Shown here in pieces: positions 24,601 to 36,600 of a stretch of 64,000 nucleotides of DNA. The position numbers were made by a program, and so were the translations under genes. The stretch lies in contig NC_092349.1 of NCBI RefSeq assembly GCF_963676685.1, positions 50,778,001-50,842,000 of the forward strand, written 5' to 3'. The notes below the pieces were generated by a model, which had not been told where the DNA came from, searched no databases, and saw only the letters and a program-made list of their open reading frames with translations. This DNA is from Mytilus edulis (Eukaryota). How positions within the stretch are numbered: position 1 is the first letter of the stretch; every line of letters begins with the position of its first letter.

Positions 24601-27600
24601 CTATTCTTACATGCATCACACAAAAAAGAGACCATTCAAATACGATTACATCCTGCATAACCAGACTTAGGAACCAGTCACATCAGAAAAATAACGTAAT
24701 GATTAAATCGATCTTTAACACGTACAGACTGAAGTAATGCACATGATACATAGAAAACCACTGACGCAACGATTTGACGTTTAATCCAATGTCTGATGAA
24801 AGTGTCATGTTATCTGCACAATAATGAAAATTTCGAACAACTGATATAGGAAGGTGTAGGTGACCTTTGATAACTTTTGTATACCTATTCAACATATATC
24901 ATTCATAAGTTCATATTTATTTCGCGCCAATCATCCCGATTGATCAATAATGCAAAAGTCCATAACTGATTAACTAATCTTATCTCGTCATGAACATGTA
25001 TTGAATAATTACACCCTTACATAAAGTAATTAATCAGTGTATCCTTCTAGTCGCATTTTATCAAAAACTTACCTTTGCAATTGTCTAAACCACGTAAATG
25101 ATGACGACTTATAATCGTGTAATTAAGAGGCCCAACCTCACAAAATACATCAACAAAGCCATTACAGTCAATGATCTGTTCTTGCAGGAGTGAATGTGAT
25201 ATGTTCACCTTATAAAATTCTGGTCTACTTTGTTTGATTTCATTGATTCTAACCGTATTTAAAACAATGGTATTACTCCTTGATGGTGTCTAAAATTGTA
25301 TAAATAAAACAGAGTTAAATAATCTATTTCTCTGCTGTGCTTTTAATAAAAATTCATTGTTATATTTCAGTGAATCATTTGTTTAATATAAATTTGACAA
25401 AATTATGCACGTCGTTTTAAGATTTCATTAAAGACACTGACAGCCTAGTTTAAGGATGTTTGCTTCTCTATTTTTCTAATTTTTGCCAGATTTTCGGAAT
25501 CCTCTGATTTTATCCATGTATTGCCATTAACAAATTTTGCCCACTAACCCCTATTTTTCTTTTCATAATTTTATTACATATTGCGTAAAACAAATTTCAA
25601 AATTTTATCAAATCCTTGTTATTTTTACATTGTTTTTGAAACAAAAAAAGTGCCAATGTTAAATATATGAAAAATCTAGAGAGAATTATTTCCTGCCAAA
25701 TTTTCATTTGCATATATCTTAAAAATAAGCATACGGATCCACATTTATTTTTGCTTTTTTAGTGTCTTTATTTATATACTATCAATTAATAACAGCCCTT
25801 TAAAAAGCTTGTTATTTTAAAACAGAGCAGCGAACATCCTTAACTCAAATATACTTGAAAATTATTGAAACATAGGAGTATGACCAGATGTTAAAACATG
25901 TTTGTACATATTACTCAATCTTTTAAGCCCTATCTTCAAATATGCTTTTATTTCATTTCATATTCAATAATTCCGAACATTTCCGTAAATGCACATAAAC
26001 TTGTCACTAAAGTTATTTGTCATTATCGATTTTGAAAAATAAAAAAAAAATATCACATTAAAGAATATATCACTTAGTCTACTAGTATTTGGTTTTTGGT
26101 GCCAGTCTTTCTGTTTTATTTTTGCATGTGCATGACATATTTGCTCCATATATAAACAAATCAACTAATCTGTTTGTAACTGCACGAAAGAAAACATATA
26201 TCTTCATCTTACATCTCGAAATTGACAATGAGGGTCGGTCGAAAACAAAACTTTACGACACAAGAAATGATCTCAGCTTTCTAATTGTGAACTTTCAATT
26301 TCTAAGTAGCAACTTTCCAGCAGCACCTGCATACGGGGTATATATCTCCGAATTGATACGACATTCCCGTGCTTGCATTTCCTATCATGATTTCCTTGAT
26401 AGAGGATTGCTGCTCACAAGGAAGCTATTAAACCAAGAGTTCCAAATGGTGAAGTTGAAATCATCTTTTCGTAATTTTTACGGACGCCATCACGAACTGG
26501 TTGACCGCTATGGAATAACCGTTTCACAAATGATATCGGATATGTTCCTTACGTCGTGACTACAACACCCTTCCCTTTCATGAATGTGACCTACCGAAAT
26601 AGACTATTTACCGGATTTGTTAATCACATAAGCAACGCGACGGGTGCCACATGTGGAGCAGGATCTGCTTACCCGTACGGAGCACATGAGATCACCCCTA
26701 GTTTTTGGTGGGATTCGTGTTGTTTATTCTTTAGTTTTCTATGTTGTGTCATGTGTACTATTGTTTGTCTGTTTGTCTTTTTCATTCATAACCATGGCGT
26801 TGTCAGTTTATTTTCGATTTATGTGCCAACATTGATCAATGATGCATATCATTTTGAAAACACTTTGAAAGGGTTTATACATTTTTATGCTTGCTATACG
26901 ACGGTAGATTATGGCAAGCGTGCATTTTTGAATATCCTTCCCGAAATAAAGATGTACAAATACTTTAAAAATCTTAACAATAAGGCGGATGATCGATATA
27001 CTTTTATTTTTGAAAGGTTAAAAAATTGATGTCAATAAAGTAAAATTGATTGCCAATTAAGCAACTCTCTACAAGAGACTAAATGATACAGGAAAAAAAA
27101 ATTAAAAAGACGACGTTAAAGACCAACAATACGATAATATTACTATAGTTCAACCTACAACCGTACGAAATGAGTAAAACCAATTTAGAATATGTCCAGA
27201 TTTGCAATACGGGAAAACTTTAAGCACTTTTCGGGTTTACATTTATCTATCATGGTCAAACGGGGAAAACAGTACATTTCACCTGTTTTGTTTTTTTAAG
27301 TTTCTATTATTTTGTTTTTCAATTGGGTGATTTTTTTTAGTATTATCCATTGTAAGTTATATCAGGTATCCATAAAACCATATTGGGCAAGTGAACAAGG
27401 TTGTTAAAATATTTCAACATTATGACATGTCATCGAAAAGTTCCTAAGTTTGCAAAACACATTTAGGTGTCTTATTAGGATGGTTGTTCAATGGTTTTTC
27501 TGTAAGAACAAATTCCATTAAAAATTAATTTGTACCTCCAGCCCTGAACAGTAAAGATTTATGTCTTTTGCAATTTTCCGAGACAGTCTGTTGTTCAGGT

Positions 27601-30600
27601 TATGTATAAATACAATTTTTTTTTCTCTCATTAGCGTTCGTTAACAGTATAATCACTTAAGTATCTACATAACGTCACTAATTGATCAATGATTGATGCA
27701 TGCATAAGATATTTGGCTTTCAACTTTGTAATGTAAAATTTTTTTCCAAATTCAGCTCAATCCAAAAACATTTATAATTTTTCATTACATGCTCATCTGT
27801 TCATTTCTTATAGAGCATACATATATTGATAAAATTTGGATGTATAATCAATGCATAGAATAAAATAAAAACATATTTTCCATCATTAATCATGTTAAAT
27901 ATGTTAAAACATAACTACTATTACATAATATTATCTTGAAAGTTAATCTTACAGCATTTTCATATTCATTTATTGTTTATTTAACCATTTTCTTCTTTTA
28001 AAACACGTGGAATTGAGATTATGCAATCATCGGTAAGCAATCCTAAATGTGCGGACTCGTACATATAAATTTTATGCTAAGATAGTTTTTTTAAAAGAGA
28101 GAATCTCAAGAAGAATGATTTACACGTTAAAAATTTATTCAGACAAATAAAAAGTTGTTCAGACTTATTAATTGTGTGAATTTTATTTCACCGAAGATAT
28201 GCAATAGATGTAAGAAACACATTGGTACTATATGAGCAATACCATTTTATTCTAATTCAAAATATCTATTGATCAACGGATTGCTTTATCACATATAAAT
28301 GTTTTCAGATTTGTGTTTAATAATAACATTAACGGTACCAATTTTCCTGCACCAGATGCGCATTTCGACAATACATGTCTCTTAAGTGAGGTTTAGGTTA
28401 TGATATTATGCATTCTTCATGTATGCAAATGAAATATACTTTTCTCTCGTTTTTCAAATTATATGTAATTTTAATATATAGTAATACACATATCTTGATT
28501 AAACTTTATAAATAGAAGAAAATATCATGTATACCGTACATTTATGAAAGATGTTATTTTTGGATACATACCGTAAATAGAAGGTAGCATTTTTGTAGCG
28601 GATAAACATTCATCTCTACTTTTAAAAACTCTTTGCTGATAGCCTTTGTAGCTATATGTGGTGGATCTAAAAAAAGACTTAAGATTAAAGTTAAAGACGG
28701 GCACAGATGTCATTGCTAGTGAACAATGTTCTCTGTAAATAAATATTGCTTAAATAACAATTAAATTTAAGAAATAAAGAGTGAACTATAAAATTACGTA
28801 TTCCAAGCGTATGAAAGTAAACATGTATGCAATTGCAAATATTTAGTTGTCCTGTGGTATTTTTTACGATTGCAGAATTGCTGGCCATGCCGTACAAATC
28901 CATTTGGTGTTCACATACAAAAAATCAGAAACAAATCCGAATGTAGGTAAAATAAGTTCCAATCTGGGAGGTGCAGATACTGTGTTCATTTAAAAGTCAA
29001 TTGTCTTACCTACTATACATTTCTAGGAATTCGAGTTTAATATTCAGTACACAGTCAGTCGGGATTGATTTAAAATAAACTGAAGGTTGTAAAGTTCCTT
29101 TAAACTAACCAAATTGTGATCTCAAAGGAGTAGGTTCAGTAAGACCCCTTTTTGGCCTCAAAATATAGCAGTTTTAGAAAATTGTGAAAATGTAATCGTT
29201 TAGATATTTATTGCAAAGTAGAATGCCTCTGCTACATAAATATGGGCTGTTTTTGACAACACAATGCACATATATTGGGTACTAGCATCATAAAGTCATG
29301 CTAAATTACTGAAATCTTCACTATTGTAGCATTTTAGTTAAATTTTAGACGGTTTCCGTCTGAAATGAAAGTGGCCGCATTCGTGTTCATTCATAATATT
29401 GAAATGTAAGTTGTATTTGATGATAATACATAATATATATAAAGGTTGAGGATGAAAACGGATGCGGCCACTTTCATTTTTGACAAAAACCATCTGAAAA
29501 GTGACGATTTTTGGCATATTTGATAGATTTTTCATATTTAAGCTTGAATCGGGGCGATTTAAATCACTTATTAAGTTAAAATCTTCCACATTAAGGAATT
29601 GAATCAATTGAAATAGACACTTAAGTGTTTAGAAAGTGTCTAAAATCTTTCGTTAGATAAACTTGAAAATTGAGGCCGAAATCGGCCCTTACCGGACCTA
29701 CTCCTTTGACAAACTTTGTTAACATACGGAATTATAATTTGTTCATTCTTTTGAACATATATATCATGTTATGAAGCGGTATTTGCATACCAGTCAAAGG
29801 GATGTGAAAGGAGAAGGTCCTGTAAGACACCTTTTTTGTTCCAAAATATAACAGTTTTACAAGATGTTAGCTATTTATTGGATATGTATGTTAGCAAGTA
29901 ATGTATAATGTAATTCTTATTTTAACCATATGAGCCGTCAAAACAAAATCCTATAGTTATTCAGTGTAGAAATTGATGATTTACTTAAAATGATATGTAA
30001 TTTTATATACAAACATCTTCCTTAGTGAAGATTAGATAACGGGAATCTATGTATGTATATGTTGTGTACAAATTGTAATGTTGTACACAATATAATTTGT
30101 ACAGATGTTTTGTATAAGTTATCAGTATTTTATGAACCTATTTTATTAACACAAAAGATGCAAGCACACTGTCCTTTGTCATATTTCCACAACAACACAA
30201 TACAGTCTAAGACTGAGCTTTGATACAAAAACATTATAAAAACACAAAAAGACTTTTTATGGACAAAAAAATGACAAATAAAATTAGAATTCGAACCATT
30301 CAGGTATCCTCATTTCCAGTATACATCTGATTGGACATATAGACACATATATTCATCTGAATATCACAAACATACTAGCCGCTTTAAATAAAGAAATAAT
30401 TGTTCAGATATATTTTTTTATTCAAATGTTCTCTTATATCTTTGAGGCATCGTCCCCCGGTATTAACTGCATTCAAGTTACCTAAGATGCTTCCTTGCTT
30501 GCATTGAAAAACATTTATCATGCCTATACACAGCTACTTTTGCATAGGTTCTATTTCTGTACTAAAAAAATGCAGTACTGGACATTTTCTTTTATTATTT

Positions 30601-33600
30601 AGTACTATTTCTTTACTTTAAAACTATTGTAATATTTAGGTACTTGTATTTTACAGTACTTGATTTGTAATTAATATTTTGGTACAGAAATAATACAATA
30701 TTCCATGTTTGAAAATCATAACTTTAAGAGATTTAAAATATAAAAACTTTCAAAATGCTGAAAATGTAACGGTAGTAACCAAAAATCTGTAGTACCTAAA
30801 TTTCAAGTACTGTAAAATACAGGTACCTAAATATGACAATAATTTTAGAGTAACAAAATAATACTGAATATTAAAAGTAGATTTCCAGTACTATACATTT
30901 TTAGTACAGAAATAGTACCTATGCAAGTAGCTGTGTAGTTCATAAGGTATTCCCCCCTGGTGCCAGTCTTTCTGTTTTATTTTCTTATGTGCACGACAAA
31001 TTTGCTCCATCAATGAAAAAATCAACTAATCTTTTTTGTAACTGCACAAAAGGAAACATATATCTTCAATAACATTTTCAAACGACATAACATTGGTCAA
31101 TGATGCATTTAACTTTTAAAGACTTTGGAAGGGTTTTTACATGTTCATGCTTGCTATACGATAGGTTATAGCATGCGTGCATTTTTGAATATCCTTTCCG
31201 AAATAAAGATGTACAAATACCAAAGACTTTATAAATCTTAACAATACGGCAGCATGATCGATATACTTTCATTTTTGAAAGGTTAAAATTGATGACTATA
31301 AAGTAAAATTGATTGCCAATTACACAACTCTCTACAAGAGACTAACTGATATAGGAATTAAAAACTGTAGGTCACAATACGTCTGACAACAATGATTACA
31401 ATTCATATTCATAAGATTCATCAGCAAATAGAAACACGTGGTTAAAATGGCCTTAATTATTTTGGACAAAGAAACATCGTATAGATCAACCAATTTGTGA
31501 TGGTGTCCATAAAATGTACGGAGTGTCATTTTTAATATGTCCTCCACATAACCTTTTTGGAGCAGTTTCTGCGTACTGAACACACTCATGTATATGAAGT
31601 CCGTATAGTGTGAACAAGCCCGAGAATAACGTATCAACTGAGATATGTAAAACATCGTGTTTGGTATGAGAAGTTCAAAAAATGGGACAAAAATACGTAC
31701 TTAAATGTTTGTTAAAATACACAAAGAATAAAAAAAACTGACAATCTAAAATTAGGATCTACTTATTATAAATGTAATTTATTTAAAGAACATTCACTAA
31801 CGTAAGTAGATAGAACTGCTTCCAAGAATTGCATTAACTCATTTCACAATAGAAAAGAACAGATTGAAGCAAGGTATATCAACATACTGGAATCTCTCAT
31901 TAAATAATAATTTTCCTTGCAATGTAGGAAAGTGAGAGATTATCACCAGATAAGCATGTTGGAATTGCGTCCACAATAGTCACACTGAATAGAGCAAAAT
32001 TGCTAAGTTCAATAGTGATAACCTGAGAACTTTAAACTACCCACAATCCCAAAATTTTGGGCATCTGGTGACTCTTTTAAGAAATTTATATTGAAAATTT
32101 TAAGTTGCAAATTTCAGTCATCTGTACTATACTTCACATATATGATAATTACATGATATATCAAGGCACAAAAGATTATCATAATATTTCTGAAAGCCAC
32201 TTTCAAGACTCTGGGTTAATAAAAAACAATATGTTTTATCAATTAATACAGCATATATGTATATATAGTTTAGTTCTTTGTTTTCGAAATTATGCTTAAA
32301 TGGTTCACGATAAGCTGTTCAATGTACATGATCAACCTTTCGATATCAAACGGGGAAGATAACATGCTTCACGAGCATATAGTTCTAAGTATTTGTTCAA
32401 ATATCAGCTCGCTGTTTGTGCTCTTCTATATATAATATATATATTTTTTTTAATGAATATTCTTTCGACCTAATCGCTACGATATTAAAAATGCATGCCC
32501 AAAATGCACATAATTTAGTTATACTGATTGAGCAATGTCATCTTTAGGATTATGAATGGTTGAAAAGAAACGTTTGAACCGTCCAAGCTACATTTCCTTG
32601 ATGTGTCGGAAACTTTTCATAAGCACAGAATAAAAAACAGTTAAATCCCATGAAGAATATTCTGGCGGCTGAAAACGTAGTATCAGAGCCGTATACATCG
32701 ATAGCATAGGAAAAAGGGAGTGCAATCATTCCCTACGAAAGAATGTTACAGTATATTAAGAGGTGATTGAAGATTGTTCAATAAAAACCAAATTGCTAAA
32801 ACCATATAACATGTACAATGCGATACATGGCAATAAAATCTTAAATACTTTAATCTTAGATCGTATGTGGAGGAAGACAAGAAAAGGTTTATGCCCCATT
32901 TATGGGCATTATGTTATCTAGTCTGTGCATCCGTAGGTTTGTTCGTTCGTTGGTTCGTTCGTTCGTTCGTTCGTCCGTCCGTCTGTCCTGCTTCAGGTTT
33001 AAGTTTTTGGTCGAGGTAGTTTTTGATGAAGTCGAAGTCCAATCAACTCGAAACTTAGTAAATAAAGTGCCGTTGTGGCATCCGTGTCCTTACTTTTAAT
33101 ATACATGCAACTGGTATGACCTCTTAAATAGTAAACATTTTAAAGAAAACTGTAAACATAATACAGAGAGTCTCTATATATCAAAGTAGTGTAATCGTAG
33201 TTTACATGTAGATAAACGCGAAAAATAATCAGGTATAATAGTTGTGGTTCTAGCGATCCCAACACCATGATCTTGAGAACGCTTTGATTGGCTTATTTAT
33301 TTTTCATTTCATGAATCAGCCTTATCACACATATCTTCAAATATACTGTCTTTATGCAAATTGAAACGTAAGCTCCGCCCGATCAATTGAAAACACATTA
33401 TTAATACTTATTTAAAATTATAGTTTGTTTAAAGGCATTCACAATAAATTAATGTGTCACGAACCTAGCAGGATTAGGCATTGTAAACTTGTGTTTAATT
33501 ACCTTTACCGGTTCCTTCTCTAATCTATTGTACCCTTTACCTAAGAACTGTAATGTCTTGTATTTGAACGCTTTATCGATAACCGTGACCTTCTGGAAAT

Positions 33601-36600
33601 TAAACAGTCCTTAGAAGTACATCATCTTTTCGCATTCAAGTGAACTGAACCCATTGTTAAATTATATTTTCAACTTTTTACTATTTGTTTAATTGGTTCA
33701 AGGTTTATGTATCAGCACCTGATAGTCTTTTTTGCCTGAACCCAATTATTTTTATACTCACAGGTCAGGCAATTTCAAAGGGTAAGCTTAAAGGCCACTC
33801 AAAACTTTAAAGAAAATTTCTTACTGTGATTGAAAGTTATGGAATTCGCTTATAACGGATAACCATGAATATTTCCCCTTTGTTGTCATCACAACCCTTT
33901 CTTTTTTGTAAAATTCTGACATTACCTACAACGACATATTACAGAAGATTTTCCTAGATAAAATCAATATCAGGGATTCCAGTCAAGTAGAACAATCTGC
34001 TTATCTTGATTGCCCAATTTATTCTCGTTTGATGTGATTGGTTTCGTGTTACTCAATATTTTGTATAACTTTGTCGACTTGTTGGTAATTTTTTCTAACA
34101 TTCGATAGAAATGGTTTGACACTTTCTTGTCGCCTGGTAGCGTTATTACGTGTCTTTGATATCTCGGCCAACTTTGTTTGTTTACAGCATTACTAAACAT
34201 TACTAAATTATTATTGCTACAAATATTAAAAAGAAGATGTGGTATGATTGCAAAATAGACAACTCTCCACAAGAGACCAAATGACACAGTAGACAACATT
34301 TATAGGTCACCGTACGGCCTTCAACAATGAGCATATCGCATAGTCAGCTATAAACGGCACCGAAATGACAACGTAAAACCATTCAAACGAGAAAACTAAC
34401 GGCCTAATTTATTTACAAAAATTGTTCGAAAAACAAATATGTACCTTATAAACAAACGACAACCACTGAATGACAGACTTCCGATTTGGGAGAGGCACAT
34501 ACATTTACATGCAGAATGTAACATGCGGGGTTACATATGTAATCGGGATCCCAACCCGACTCTTAACCTGGGACACTGGTGTAGCATTACATAAAAGAAC
34601 GAACTATACAAATCTGTTGAAGAAGGCTTAACCCATTAGATGTACAAAACTTCAAATACTACGTATATAAGTGGACGTGGTCAGGTACTTGTATATCCCA
34701 ACAACATTAATACACTAAAAACAGATCTGACAACTAGTTCAAAGCCACTATCAACCAAAATAATACTCATGCATTTTAGACTAAATGATCAATCAGTACA
34801 CATCATACATCCAATGGATTTAGTGTAAAGAAGTCATAAACAGTCAGATAAAAACATGACCTTGTGCAATGCCAAGATACAGGTATCGACAGATTGTAAA
34901 ACTATGAATGTGTATGTGGCGAACAATAATAGTAAGTTTGCTTTTAATTTACTGATAACAAAATCAATGTGTATACAAATAAAAACAATATTTAATGATC
35001 TAATTACAGTGTTGAATTGGTAACCTTTTAGAACAAGTGTATTTAAAGGATCGATTAATTTACCAGAATCGTTTCTAAACGTATCCTGCTTGTAATAAGT
35101 TTTCTACAGGTACAACCACATCTTAATATCTATGGAAGCATTTAGTAAAGGTTTTAAGTAGTTTGTGGTAACGAAAGCCATGGCTTAAATTTTACCAGGA
35201 ATACATAGATTACGTTCGTTAAAACCAAAATACGTCACAAAAACACGGTAATAGCGAATGAGATGTGAAATATAAACACCGTAAGATGGTTCATAAGGAA
35301 CATTACCATCCAAAATTGAAAAATTAACAAAAAAGAAAGAAAAATCGTCCCTTTTGTCGTAAATCTTAATGTGGAGTTTTTCGTTTAAAACCGATATATC
35401 TAAATCTAGGTAAAGACAGTTATTATCGCTTAAGTTTAATTTATTTAAAGTAAGTTCCTTTGGGTAAAAGTTCGGCAGCATATTGAAAAAATTCTTAATT
35501 ATTTAACGAAAATGAAAAAATATCATCATGATAACGGTAAGTGTAGTTGACTCTATCAATTAAATGCAATTTAGACCGATCGTTTCTGAGTTTTGTCATA
35601 AACTGTGATTTATAACAGAAAAAAAAAAAGACTTCTATACAAGGGACGCAGTTAGTGTCTATAGGAATACTTACAACTTGATAAACTTTGTTGCCGAAAC
35701 GTACATAAATATTATCAAGGAGAAAACTAATAGCTTCAATCATCATTTTATTGTAAGATGTAATCTATCTGTTACGGAATGTTGATAAAGTCATCGGATT
35801 AAATACATTTAATTTAAATAATAAGTTGTTAGTATTTTATCAATTTTGTAGAAAGTTTTGTATAATATAGACATGTGCTAATCGGTAGTAAGTGCAATAC
35901 GCTGTTTTATCATATGTTTAGTAGTAAATACAGTAGTTTTGCATATGTGATAAATAGCCTGCTGTTTAATCCATATCGCGCAACTTTGATGCGCACCCTT
36001 TATCGCATACCCTTTATCACACCCCTACTTTTTTTTTTTTTTTTTTTTTTTTACATAAAGTCAGTTTTGGTTTTTTTTTTTGCTTAAGAAAATTTTTCCT
36101 CAAACTAGGTAATTTTTTTGAATGACGTCATTGTTTGGTATGTGACGTCACGAACGTCGAGTTTTCATATTGTATACATGTAACGTCACAAACGTCAAGT
36201 TTTCATATTTTTTGGCACACTAAATGCAACTATGAAAAATACAAAACACACAAATTTAATAATAAACAAAATATTTTTAAAACAACAGCACGCAAATTGT
36301 AAGGTAACCCAGGTGCTTCGGATAAGTAATTGAGCAGTTCTTTTAAGGCCTTTGAAACAAGACAAAAGTAGAACTGAAGGTAACCCAGTGCTATGGATCA
36401 GAAAACAGTTCATATAATATAATACTCTTCTGTTGAAATATATGATAAAGTGTATAATACATGGCAAAATCCGTATCACATGCCGTATCACCCTCGACCA
36501 ATATCATCCCTCGGGCCTAAAGGCCCTTGGGCTGATATTGATGTCTCGGGATGATACGACATATGATACGGATTTTGCCATGTATTATTCTCTATTTATC

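Noticed and set aside
26089-27029. 156-aa and 157-aa ORFs as real genes
   Set aside because: They are chimeric read-throughs of intronic flank into and out of a truncated Penelope-like insertion.
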